DNA of 64,000 bases, taken from Blepharisma stoltei ATCC 30299 (lineage: Eukaryota > Protista > Ciliophora). The position numbers and the translations under genes were made by a program. Location of the stretch: the NCBI GenBank assembly GCA_965603825.1, contig CBFDEM010000011.1, positions 1 to 64,000 on the forward strand. The letters are read 5' to 3'. Positions within the stretch are counted from its first letter, which is position 1; each line of letters opens with the position of its first letter. Under the pieces are notes generated by a model, which worked only from the letters and a program-made list of their open reading frames with translations, had not been told where the DNA came from and searched no databases. Shown piece after piece: positions 34,687 to 47,200 of this stretch.

Positions 34687-36816
34687 ATGGAACGATATAG
34701 GAAACTTTGGTGGACCGAAGAAATTGACCACTTATACAAGCTCCTCTTATACTTTAGTTATATATTTGGATTTATTTCAATCTTTTCCAGAGCAATGATT
34801 TTTTTATGAACTCAGAATGTTGCTGTAAAAGAAACTCTAATTTTCCCATCATTTCACATCGCTATGATAATATTCCTTAAGTTTTCTGAAAGATGAGGCG
34901 CGGTAGGCAAGAATACAGCAGCAATGATATCTACTGAAATTTACAATATAGTTTGTTTAATTTCTAAATTCTTTATGGCAAGTCAAATGGCCACTGTTTT
35001 TCAATCTTTTTCATTCGTCCTGATGACTCATTTACAACTTCCTATGATCAGAAACAAGTATCTGCTGAACTTCATTCTTTTCAAGTATATTTACACCTGA
35101 TTCATACACGATATGATTTTTAACTCAGCAGAGATGACGGTTTTCCAGTTCAATACTATTCTTGCAATTATAGTCCTTATCAATGTCGGGATATATTATA
35201 AGCAGAAACTCGCCTGTGAGAGATCCATTTATTTGCACGAGATCGAAGATTCTAAAGACCGGTTTAAGATCATTTCCCAAGCGTTTTCTGATGGGATTGT
35301 GGTAATCTCATCAAGCTATGAAATCGAGTTCATTAACGATAACATCCTAAAGCTGTTAAATTGCAGTCAAGAAGAAATTTATTCAGAACTGTCAAGTTTT
35401 AAATTCTGCCCTGATAGAAAAGTATCAGAATTTGAAATTTCTGATTTTCTGATTGACCACATTAATTACGCATTTAATCATCTGGATTCTTCAGAAATTA
35501 CTTTAGGAATCACTCGGCTAAATAATGTATATCTTCAATGAAAAGTGAGAAGAATTGTATGAGAAAATCACAACTCTCTATTTTTGACAGTGAGAAATGT
35601 AAACCGAATAATTGAGCTTGAAAAACGAATAGCTGACGATAACATGAAGACTGTTCTGCTAAGATCGGTTTCTCATGAACTGAGAACACCTCTTAACGCA
35701 ATATGCTTTTTTGTTAATGACCTCCTAAATAAGCCACATATAACCAAAGACAGTGACGAGTACAATAACCTCAAAATCGTTTCTATTTCTTCAAAACTCA
35801 TGCTCTCTCTTATTGACGATTTATTGGACTACTCAAAAATGCTGGCTGGGGCTTTTTCTATAAAAAAAATCCATTGCGACTTTCGGCAAATTGTGTCGAA
35901 TGCTTTTGAATTGATCAGCTTGCAGGCTAAAAAGAAAAAAATAAGCTTAATATGCAGGATTGATCCATTAATACCTGAAAGAATTTATACAGATCCTTTG
36001 AGGCTGAGCCAGGTCTTATTGAATCTATTAAGCAACGCGCTAAAATTTACATTGTCCGGGTCAATAGAAATTTGCTGTGTGCTTGGCTGCAAAAACCAGC
36101 TGAAAATTTATGTAGAAGATACTGGTATTGGAATGACTGAAGAGGTGAAGCAAAAACTGTTCACTGAGTTTAGTACTAATAATATCCCTAATATTAACCC
36201 TCAAGGATGTGGGCTGGGACTCTGCATTTCTAATATCTTGTCAAAAGCGCTAGGAAGCGGCCCTATTAAAGTAAAGTCAACCCAAAGCCAAGGCTCCACC
36301 TTTAAATTTTCTATTGACATTTTTGAAGAACATCTGGCATTTTCAAGGTGAGAAAAAATAGCGGAAATTGAGGAAGAAAGCATTAGCCATTTTGACGTGA
36401 TTCCTTATATAACTGCTACACTAAGAGAACCTATTGATGTTTTGATAGTGGACGACAATGAGTTTAATAGAGCTGTTTTAGGATCAATTTTATCACAGCT
36501 TAATATCTCATATCAAGAGTCCTGCGATGGAAAAGAAGCGATCGACAAGATTTTAGCCTACGACCAGACTTCGAAAATGTACAAGGTCGTAATTATGGAC
36601 TGCTGCATGCCTGATATCAATGGTTATGAAGCTACAAAAATTCTTGTAAATTTGTATAAGGATAAGATTCTAAAGAAGCTGCCGATAATAGTTGGATATT
36701 CTGCTTATAGCTCTGACGAAGATCGAAATGCCTGCTTTGAATGCGGCATGGTAGACTGTATGCCAAAGCCTTGTCCCCCTGGCACTTTGGCAAATATAAT
36801 AAAGAAATATTTGTAA
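34687..36816 (+). CDS. Membrane hybrid sensor histidine kinase (TM region, PAS-like, HisKA, HATPase, receiver), 709 aa
   Basis: SHELRTPLN, QVLLNLLSNALKFT, DTGIG, G.GLGL, LIVDDN, IMDCCMP..NG, KP; one frame through TGA codons from ATG 34687. Confidence 0.93.
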
Positions 36817-36859
36817 ACATATTTTATTAATTCTTGATAAATTTTCTTAAGATCAAATA

Positions 36860-37618
36860 ATGGAAAACTCAGAATCAAAAAAGCCCCAAAAGCGCAAGCG
36901 TAGAATCATTCGAAAGCGAAAGGTGTCAATTAAGCCCTCATTCCTAAATTCTAAACTAAAAGAAGAATACTCTTCCAATAATTTCAATAACTTGCTACAA
37001 AGCATGTACTTTTAATGCAGAATAAAATCGCCAAAGCCAAAAGAAGATTGAATGGAAGCTTTTTTCGGTTCCTTTTCTAAAGGCTCCAGGTCTCTTACTC
37101 AAGGAACTCGCAGTCAGAGCAACCTTTCAACAAAAGCAATCGAGAAACCCAGGCCTAAGCTTGAAACTGAGAAAAATGTGCTACCAGACATTTTGCGTTC
37201 TAAATCTTCAATAAGATCTACCTCAAAGCACATCATAGAAAACAACCGACTGACAAGGATAAAATCAGGGAGCTCATCAAGGATCAAAAGAGATATCTCT
37301 CAAAAAATAATCCAAAAAGAGCCTTCTTTATTAGAGCCTGGAGAATTGATTGTCAAAGGAAACTCCAGGCCAAGCACTCCCGTAAACAAGACTTCACAAT
37401 ATTTATTGGCAAATGATAACCCCTACGATTCTTCAATGAATTTGAATACGAGCGATTCAAGAAGAGACTTGAAATCCTCGAAAAGAAACCCTCTGAGTTC
37501 TTCAAACCTGGCTCAGATAAATCTTGCACCTGAACTTCCTGATAGGAATGATAAGAAAATGAGCATGGAAGATGTGTTAAGCTATATATCATATATAAAT
37601 AAAAAGCATTTTAGATAA
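36860..37618 (+). CDS. Hypothetical basic protein with NLS-like stretch; one intron
   Basis: ATG 36860 (MENSESKKPQKRKRRIIRKRK); 15-nt intron removes an in-frame TAA. Confidence 0.75.
37006..37020 (+). other. 15-nt intron GTACTTTTAATGCAG
   Basis: Contains an in-frame TAA. Confidence 0.8.
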
Positions 37619-37632
37619 GTGGATATACTAAA

Positions 37633-38684
37633 ATGGATGAGTTAGTCTACCAAAAACTCCAAGAAAACGAAAGTAAAGCGTAAATAGGGAGAATGAAGCT
37701 ATATGGACCTCATCTAGCTGGCTTGATTAACGCCTCCATCAATTTATGTGTCTACCCTTTCCTTCAGATTTCTACTCAATTGCAATTATCTCCTATTCCA
37801 TCAAGCCACAATTATATTGGGAAGTCTTACGCAGAAAAAGTCTCCTCCTTTATTTGGAACCCTCATCCAGCTAACAGACCTTACAAAGCACCATTATTTA
37901 AAAATGCAAATTCAGCAATCATCTGGAATTCCTTGCAAGGCTACCTAGGATTTTACCGAGGCTTTTTTATGGGGATTTCTCATTTTTACTTTGGCATACT
38001 TGCAAGAACTGCTGGCACATATCTCACTTTTGCTTGCTTTGGAGAAAACTACATCAAGTCTTCACAAGAAAGAATCATTACAGGTAAGCCTTATTTAGTA
38101 TAGAAACTTTATTAAGTTCGATGTGTGAAGCCATAATTCAGCCTATTTTTGTTGCCCAAACACGATTTATCCAGCAAAACCGGCGAGCCAATTTCAGGAC
38201 TTACGATGATTTTTTCCATATGTGGAAGATCTCAGGCTTCAGAAGCATGTACCAAGGCTGGGGAGCAATTTTGCCAAAGCAAGCAATTATAAATGTATGA
38301 GTAAACCATGCACCTATGATTGATGACATGACTGATGAAATTTTAGGCCTAAAGCGGAACAACAAATATAATGTCTTTAGCAAAGAAATTTTACTTGGGC
38401 TTGCCCCGTATTTTATAGCCTACCCATTTTTGACAGCTCAGAGAAGAGTAGCGTGCCAGGAATCACACATAGGCATGCCAGAAAGGAAATACAAAGGAGT
38501 GCTTCACTGCATGTGGAAAGTGGCTACACAAGAAGGAATTGATGTGCTGTTTAGAGGAAGCTTGTTTTATAGCATTGCCATTGCTGCCTGGGTCTTTGCA
38601 ATGCCTACCCTGACTCAAACAGTTTGGCAGAAATATGAAGACTCTGCTAAAGAAGATATTTCTAGGCTCCTTCGTTTAGACTAA
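37633..38684 (+). CDS. Mitochondrial carrier (SLC25)-like protein, about 338 aa, two introns
   Basis: Three degenerate carrier repeats: YPFLQI..QLQ/GFYRG, QPIFVAQTR/MYQG, YPFLTAQRR/YKGVLHC..EGI..LFRG. Confidence 0.8.
37673..37687 (+). other. 15-nt intron GTAAAGCGTAAATAG
   Basis: Contains an in-frame TAA. Confidence 0.8.
38084..38103 (+). other. Inferred 20-nt intron GTAAGCCTTATTTAGTATAG
   Basis: Of the two nearby AG acceptors, only the distal one restores the carrier frame. Confidence 0.55.
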
Positions 38685-38698
38685 TCATCTATTAACTT

Positions 38699-41600
38699 CT
38701 ATAAATCTATTTTCTTAGGTATTTCTTCTACTTCTGGGGGCTTCTCTGGGTTTTCAAAGTTCCTTATGAAATTGTCGTACTCTTCCCATTCAGAAATGAT
38801 CCTTTTCGCTGCGTGGATTTTGGGTTCTTTTGTGAGTGGGTTATTGCAGAGGTCAATAGTCTTTGCTTTGGATTTAGTTTCTTCTGAGCACCAAGTAGCA
38901 CACCAAAGCCATTCGCTAGGCAAAGACTTGATAGGGACCTGATACTGGGCAAAGTTAGGCAAATCTTGGTCTAAGTTAGACAAGGAGTCAGGGTTAGGTG
39001 CCATTGTTTCGTAAAAATACCTTAAAATATCTCCAGCACCCATACTTCTGAACTTAAATAGGTCAATTACATATAAAGCACTTATATGGTAAGGCAGATC
39101 TTTGAGATGGTCTCTCCAATACCCCTGCTTCCAAAATCTGAAGCCTTCAGTGTCAGGGTTAGAGTCACAGAATGGTGTATACCCGTATGGAGCTCCTTCT
39201 AAGTCCATGTCCCACAGCTCTTTTATGTCTGCCCTCACTACTTGATCAGCATCAATATAAATGATTTTTTTGACATTTAATGGAAACATCACATCTAGGA
39301 ACAGTATTTTATAAGCCCATATAATCCTCTGTTTCTCTCTTTGTGCAAAAAGCCAGCTCGGCCACTTGTAGCTGACAAACTCATACTGAAAACCGACTTT
39401 TTTAGAAAACGCTTCTAATGAATTTTTGAAATTTTGTGTGAAAAAGTCCTCAAAAAGCCAAAACTTTACCTTGGAATTTGTGTTTCTCATGACTGAAAGC
39501 ATCATGATTTTCATTAATCTCTCATATAGCTTGCCACTGGCTAACGAAAAAATGTGGATTACGTCTCCTAGATCTTCAATTGACTCAGAGTTCAGGAGGA
39601 CCTCATTTTCATACCCTGGCCTTTTAGAGACACTTAACCTCTGTGTGGTTCCTGATAGGTCTTTGGCTATAATTTCTGGAGAATTCATAATAGTAAATAA
39701 CTCTTCGCTTCTTCCTGGAAATAGGGAAATGTTGTAAATGCCAGGATTTGCTTTGAATTGATAGTAGCCGAGATTTTTCATCACTATTGTATCTGAAATC
39801 ATATGTGTGCTGTTTATCAAGGCAAGCTGTAAGCCACTAGGAGGCTCAGTTTCGTAGCCTTGGACATATTCTGTGCATTGGCCAGTCGCCAAAAGATTTT
39901 TAAGCTCATAACTTACACTTATAGGCTCGTTTAGCATTAAATTGTCGAGGTCATCTGATGAAGTTGTCCTGACGACCCAGGATTCAGGAACGTCAAGTCC
40001 TAGGGTAAAAGTCTTGCCGCTTGTTTCGCCTAGCTTCATGAAATCATCGAAATTCGATTTTATATTGATTTTATGGAATCTATTAATAGGAAGGATTTTT
40101 TTCTTAGGGTCAAGATCTGGGTTTAATGTTGCATTAACTGAGGAGCCTAAGGATAAGAGCCATTTTCCGAGAGATGCAAGAATCTGACCTTTTTCACTTA
40201 ATGGGTTCAGCAGCATATCAACTCTAAAGTTAATTTCACTGTCAGACGCTACAAATTTTGTTATGGAAGGTTTTCGCATATTTTGCGGAATTGGATGAGA
40301 TGAGTATTGGGCAAAATATGGCAAAAATTTTACATGATTCAGCAATATTAAAGAAATATTTTCAATAATATTTGATTGTTCGCTCGGTGGAACTATACTA
40401 GAAATTCCTTCCAAAATTTCATCTACTCCAACTCTAGAAGATTCTGTCTCATGGGCAATCATTATGTCTCTAAAAGACTTTATGAACTTCTTCTGGATAA
40501 TTCTTCCATTGACAATCACAACAGATTTCAAATTTCCTTTGTATCCTCCAAAATCCTTCTTAATTTCATCTTCTTTGTATTCGCATTGAAATTCTCCAAA
40601 ATCAACATTTCCAATTCTCTTTTTTTCCTTCAAATTTTTCAAAAAGCACAATATTTTATACCATTCCTGGCTAATTTCTGAGGACTTAAAAATATATCTA
40701 ATTCTTAGCCCTAAATGAGAAAATCTCTTAAAAATTTCCAATGTATGCATAACTAAATCTTTATCTGTATCTTCTGCAATAACCGTAATAGTCGCCACTT
40801 TAGGCAAATCATTAAGTTCCACTATAAACCCTTTTTCTATGTGTTTAATTAAATCAATTTCTGTAGAAGTTTTATGAGTAATTTCTAAGTTCAGCCTTTC
40901 TACTGGCTTTCCATGCTTCACATTTTCAAAAAATGATTCCAGTGGCGGATCAATCATCCCATACATTATCAGCATTGCAATTTGGCGTTTTTCTTTGAGC
41001 AGCTCAAGCAGGATTTTATTTTCAGATTCTTCTTCTTCCTCTGGATTGATTGAGACATCTAAAACTCTCCCATTCAAAATCCAAGTAGCAGGCCCACAAA
41101 TTCCTGACTCTTCACAGAAGTTATTAGCTCTAGTAACAGTATGGCTTAGCTCTTCATCAAATTCACAATCTGTGCAATAGGCATTAAATGCATTTATCGC
41201 GTCATCTATAGTTGTATCTTTATTCATACTCATCAGAAATTCAAAAATTTCTGTTTCTTTATTTTTCAGCTGTTTAAGCCCTTGTGTAATTACATTTACA
41301 ACAGGGTCATTTCCTATTAAAATAAATCCTATTCTGACAGGCCAATTTTCTAGATACATTTTTAAGGCAAATTGAACGGAGTTTCACGCTGCCTCAGTCC
41401 TGATATCTAGAACTGCAATAATATTAAAAAAATTCCTGGCAACTTCTTCAAGCTCGTTTCCATAAGACATCAAGAACGCTTGGTAATTTTTCGTCCACGA
41501 GGAGTATTTTTTGTCATTTTCTAAGTCATTTATGTAGACTCGTCCTGTTTGAGGTCCTGTTTTTATAAGCCCACCTTGTCCCTTGTATTGATGCAGTTTC

Positions 41601-42649
41601 AAGTTAGAATTTTCAAGGATTTTAAGAGCATTTTTGTGTGGTATCCCTAGAGCTTTAATTTCTTCTAAAGCATGGATTTCTGCTCTTAATGTGCCTATTA
41701 TTGTGTAGAAATCAGGTGATAAATAATGGTTGTTTATTAGCAACATGTTTTCTCCAATAAGCTAATTAGCAAATACCTGTGCATTAGTGTAAGCACTCAT
41801 CATTATTTCGCTTTTTAGCGCTTTTGTATAGTTTGCAGCTGAGAAATCTGCAAGGTGTAATGGAATAGTTTCTAAAATAGCAGCCATTTTATCCCAGTCA
41901 GGCAAAACTGACAGTAGCTTTACTAATGCTTTAAATGGTAAATCTATATGGAAATTACCTTCTAAATTCCAATTTTCGTTGCCATGACTTTCTACCTTAT
42001 TTGCATCTTCAACAGGCTTATACTCCATATTTTTCACAAGCAGTTCTGCGCCATATCCACCTAAATAGTCAACGCTGTCACTTCTGAGGTCAATATGTCT
42101 GAGGATATAAGTTGAGTTATTATCAATACAGAACTGTTTGATTTCTTGGTGAGTTTTTTGGAATTGAGGATCTGTGATATCGACATATGCAGTGACTGAG
42201 TTTAGATTTTCATAAATAGTGTGATCAAAGCTGTATTGTGTCCTTGGCGGAGTACTAAATAAAGCTTGATCGAGTTTGCAAGATGGTGCTGAGTTTATCA
42301 TGTAAAAGACTCTGCAATCTTCTGTTAAGGATTTTCGATCATGAATTTCTAATTTTGAATAGAACTCCATTCTTGCAGAAAACTCTCTGTTGTATAAAGA
42401 AGATAGCAAGACTTTTTTTTCAATGTCACTTCTTGACACTTTCTCGGCCAGTTTTTCAAAATTTAGTTCATTCTCAATCAAAATTTTATCCAAAAATTCC
42501 CAGAAAATACCGATTTCAGCAAAATACTCACTAGGTGATAGTTACCTCATTTCTTGAATCAAGCTTTTTTCGCTTGGGCCTTTCCATTGTGTGGAGAGCT
42601 TGACTTCTACTTGAGCATAGGCTATACACAGCAAAAATGCAATCCACAT
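38699..42649 (-). CDS. UGGT: UDP-glucose:glycoprotein glucosyltransferase, about 1,300 aa, three 15-nt introns
   Basis: LGGYGAEL.VKNMEYK, IFSLASG.LYER, YKILFLDV.FP, DADQ, NLDQDLPN, IDLCNNP; ends KIDL; introns 42531-42545, 41944-41958 and 41762-41776. Confidence 0.96.
41762..41776 (-). other. 15-nt intron GTATTTGCTAATTAG
   Basis: Contains an in-frame TAG; position shared with the paralogue. Confidence 0.9.
41944..41958 (-). other. 15-nt intron GTAATTTCCATATAG
   Basis: Stop-free, but at the same position and phase as the stop-containing intron 47466-47480. Confidence 0.8.
42531..42545 (-). other. 15-nt intron GTAACTATCACCTAG
   Basis: Contains an in-frame TAA; same position as 48023-48037. 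Confidence 0.9.
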
Positions 42650-42930
42650 TTATATTGCGTGTAGCTTTTATAAAGAGAGATAATTTTTTAATTATATAGT
42701 GATGATTATATTGTTAAAGCAAAATATATAAATTAATGCTGTATCAAGTATTATAGTTCAAAAGCGAGATTTAAGTATAATTTAAGGCTATAAATTATAA
42801 GATTTTATATTAAAGTGGCCATATCTCATATTGTTCTTAATAAGAACGCACAGGACTTTTACTGATTTTTTTTATGCTTTCCATTGATAATTATTTCAAT
42901 TTCCTTTATTTTGCACAAAGTATATATTTA

Positions 42931-44193
42931 ATGGGAAACTCAAAGTCCAAAGATTATAGCAAAGACACATTTTTTAATACAACACAACTTAAACTCCTCT
43001 CCGGACACTTTAATTTGCTGTTTACGAAAGGTACCATTGACCATTCCTTAACTCAGAAATTGTTTGAAGTTGCAAACGATCCTGAGATTCACCCATCTAT
43101 TGAAAATTACTTATCAAGCAAGGTAAAAGGCAAAAAAGACTTTGAAGGCTTTTTAAAGGCTTTAGAAATTCTCATTTTCGGGAAAAATAAAACAGGAGGG
43201 ATAAGCTATGACGTTAAAGGGCCAGTCGAGAGGTTTTCAAATTTATTAAACATATCAGAAGACACTCAAAATTTCAATGAAATTTTACTTCAGCACTTAT
43301 TAGCAATAATCCAAGGAGATTTCTCTATAATTGCTTCAGTTAATCCTCACTCCAAGTCCATCCGTGATTTCCAAGCTTATATTCAGGTACAATTCCCAGT
43401 CCTTGCCAACTGCTTCCCTAACTTTTTAATTTCCAGACTCTTAGACAAGCCTCCTTCTCTTCCTCCAACTCTTAATGAAAATACCCATTCTATCAATGAA
43501 GCTTTATCATTTTTATATCTGAGCTGTCCAGCTCTATGTGGAATTGAGCTGCTTAGGCTCTATTTATCAAAAGAAGACGGACTAAGCTTCAATAGACTGG
43601 CAGCTGGACTTAACGGATATCAAGGCCCAATGATTTTGACTATAAAACTGTCTGACTCAATCTTATTAGGAGCTTTTATAGGAGATGGTCTAAGAGATAA
43701 CGCTAAATATTCAGGATCGATGGATACATTTTTATTTACTTTTTATAATGGATACCGCACATTTAGGCCTGAAGAAGGTGAAGGAGGCGGAAATTTCATT
43801 TATTTTAACTCAAGGATTGCAGGGACGACTAAATTTCCGAAAGGGCTTGGGTTTGGAGGAAATGTCCCACAGCCTGCAAGAGTTTGGCTTGATGACGATA
43901 TTGATATGAACTCTTATGCAATTTCTCATTGTAGCACTTATCCACCTGGAGATCTATTTAGTGGGGCTGAGACTGATGGGAAAATGCATATCGTGTCAAT
44001 TGAGGTATGGGGATGTGGAGGGGAAAAGGCAGCACAGGCACAGCAAGAGTATAGAGATAGTGAGGCACAAAGGATACAAAAAAATAGACAAGTAGATAAG
44101 GCACAATTTTTGGATAATCAGTTTGATAAAGATATGCTGCTGGGAGGTACTTTTAAGAATGCAGAGTATAGAGAAAAAGCTGAGGCTGAGTAA
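42931..44193 (+). CDS. TLDc-domain protein with N-myristoylation motif
   Basis: MGNSKSK; LY.S.EDG.SF..L....GY.GP, GLGFGG, IEVWG.GG. Confidence 0.9.
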   Translation: MGNSKSKDYSKDTFFNTTQLKLLSGHFNLLFTKGTIDHSLTQKLFEVANDPEIHPSIENYLSSKVKGKKDFEGFLKALEILIFGKNKTGGISYDVKGPVERFSNLLNISEDTQNFNEILLQHLLAIIQGDFSIIASVNPHSKSIRDFQAYIQVQFPVLANCFPNFLISRLLDKPPSLPPTLNENTHSINEALSFLYLSCPALCGIELLRLYLSKEDGLSFNRLAAGLNGYQGPMILTIKLSDSILLGAFIGDGLRDNAKYSGSMDTFLFTFYNGYRTFRPEEGEGGGNFIYFNSRIAGTTKFPKGLGFGGNVPQPARVWLDDDIDMNSYAISHCSTYPPGDLFSGAETDGKMHIVSIEVWGCGGEKAAQAQQEYRDSEAQRIQKNRQVDKAQFLDNQFDKDMLLGGTFKNAEYREKAEAE

Positions 44194-44247
44194 TAATTAA
44201 GTTTGCTTAAATTTACTAGATGGAGAGTTACTAATTCTATATTTAGC

Positions 44248-47200
44248 TTATAAATCGGTTCTATATGCTGCAATCCCTTTACTTTCTGTAAACTTATCTA
44301 GCTTTTCTACGATTTCATTATATTTTTTCCATAATGGGATCACTCTTTTAGCAATGTCTAGCTTTGGTTCTTTTGTTAATGGGTTATTGCACAAATCAAT
44401 GATTTTCGCTTTATCTTTTTCTTCATGCGCGCACCACGTATCGCATCACAACCATTCACTTGGCAGCTGCGTAATTGGGACTTTATTTTGTATAAAATTT
44501 ACCAAGTCTTGATCTAAATTTTGTAAAGAATTTGAGCTTGATATAAAATACTCATAATAAAATCTTAAAATATCTCCAACTCCTATACTTCTATATTTAC
44601 CTAAATCTGTAATAGAAAGAGCATATATGAAATAAGGCTTTCCTTTCAGCTGTTTCTGCCAATATCCATCTTTTCAAAACCGAAATCCAAAAGTGGCATT
44701 ATTTGACTCGCAGAATGGAACAAAGCCATAAGCGTTTCCTTGAAGATCTGTATTTCATAACTCAGAAATGTCTTCTCGAACGACTTGGTCAGCGTCCATT
44801 GATATTATTTTAGTCACATTTGAAGGAAAAAACAAGTCAAATAAAAGAGCTCGATAAGCAAAAATTCGATTGGATATTGTCTTTTGAGTTGGAAGCCAGC
44901 TTGGTCATTTATATGAAACAAATTCGTATTGGAATTTCATCTTTTCAGACAGAATTTCAATTGAATTTTTGAAGTTAGTGGAAAGAAAATCGCCATAGAG
45001 CCAAAATTTGATTTCTGATTTGGTGTGACTCATGACCGAAAGGATCATTATTTCCATAAATCTTTCATATGTTTTGCCTTCTGCAATAGAAAAAATGTTA
45101 ATGACTTGATTTTCAATTTTTTTTGGATTATTTTCACTATCGGCTGTTTTGTTTTCTAGAGGGATTTTATATAAATTGAATCTCAAAGGCTTTTGCCTGT
45201 AATCTTTTACAATAATTGGCTCCAAATTAGGCAAATTTCATTCATCTTTGCAGCTGCCACTAAGTGAAATATTAAAAATTCCAGGATTCGCATAAAACTG
45301 AAAATAGCCAAGATTCTTCATAATAAATGTGCTTGCAATTTCCTTCTCAGTCTCAAATAATTTTATTCCAATCCCACTCTGCATTTTAACTTCGAAATTG
45401 TTTTGAATTGCTTTCGAGTTTCCTGTAATCAGAATATGCTTTAATGAAAATTTAAGGTTCGGTTCTTTATTTAATTGTAAATCATCCAGATAAATAGGTG
45501 TATTATACTGTAAGACTCACGATTCTGGTATATTTAAAGTTAATGAGACTGATTTATTGATTATTTTGCTCACCAAAAACTCTTGATTCAAGTCTTTTTT
45601 CAAATAATTTATTTGAATCTTATCAGTAGAACGTGAGGTGCTTGAAACAACAAAAGTAGCACCCAAAGATGAGCCAAGATCTATCAGCCAAAAGCACAAA
45701 GATGACAGATGCCTTCCCTTTTCGTTTAAAGGATTGATCAATACATCAATGTTGAAGTAAATATTATTTGTATTTACAACTCTTTTGGTAAAATCCTTGG
45801 AAAAAACAATAGGATGCGAAGCATATGATGCAAAATAGGAAATATGAGACAATTGCCGAAGAAGAATATATGAAGCTTTTTCCATTGCATTATCAAGCTT
45901 ATTTTCTTTTATGGAAGTTTGAAGAAGTTTTTGGACATTGTTCAAACCAGACCTTTCAATTTCTAGATCATATATTTTTTTCAAGTCCAAATACGAACTT
46001 ATTTCATTTTTAGATATCATTTTCCCATTAATTAATACACCTGATATAAGCTCAGGTATTTTTTTCATAAAAGATGCTTTAATATACTCAAGAGAATATT
46101 CACATTGAAATTCTTCAAAATCTGTAACACTCCCAGTATAATTTAATTTTTTATTTTCGTCGTGAATAAACTTTATATAGCACAAAATCTTATATCACTC
46201 ATCATCCATTTCATTAGAGTTAAAAATGTATCTTATTCTGATCTTTAAATAAGAAGCCTCCTTGAATAATTTAAGAGTATGGAATATTAAAGCTTGGTCA
46301 TTTATTCCTGCAAATACTACATAAGTCATTAATTTTGAATTCCCATTAAAATCAAAATTATACCCAAAGCTTGGTATTCCATAATAAATTTCTTCATTTA
46401 GAATCCCATCTAAGAGATTTAAATGGTTTCTCTCAATTGGGAATTCACTTGTTAAATTTTCAAAATAGCTAGTGAGAGGGGATCTCAAGATTCCTTTTAC
46501 TTTAGCATTCATTATATTTCTCTTTTCTTTTCTGAGTTCGCCAATAATGGTTTTATCGAAATGCTTATCAAAATTTATCTCAAGGACTTGCCCATTTAAA
46601 ATTCAATGAACTGGCCCACATAATCTAAAATTATCGCAAATAATGGTAGGAAGTCTCTTCTTGGAATTTATTATTGCTTCAAATTCAGCAGTTTCGCAAT
46701 AGTTTTTGGCTAATGAATGGACTTCTAATGCTGTCATATTGTACTCTAATTTTCCAAAAAAATCAGTAATAGAAGTCTCATTGCTTTCCAAGCATTTGCA
46801 TGCTTGATGCATGACGAAAGCCAAATCAGGATTTCCAAGAAATACAAATCCAAGCCTAACAGGGTAATTCTTTGTATATAAATATATGACCGCTTTTATT
46901 CCCTTTCACCCAATTTCTTTATCTAAATCCACAATAGCTATCAGATTATAAAAATTTTTTGCGACCTTTGCCAAGTCAACATCATAAGTACTCAAAAAAT
47001 CAGACGTTTTTTTCTGCCATTCAGAATATTTTAAGTCTTTTTCTAAATCATTTATGTAGATTCTTCCTATGCTAGAACCAGTTTTCAAATGTTTACTCAC
47101 TGATATATCCGTGTGGACTCTTAAATTGAAATTGCCTAGCATTATCAGTGCTGTACTTTGAGGGATTCCTATCATTTTGAGCTCTTCAATAGCATTATAT

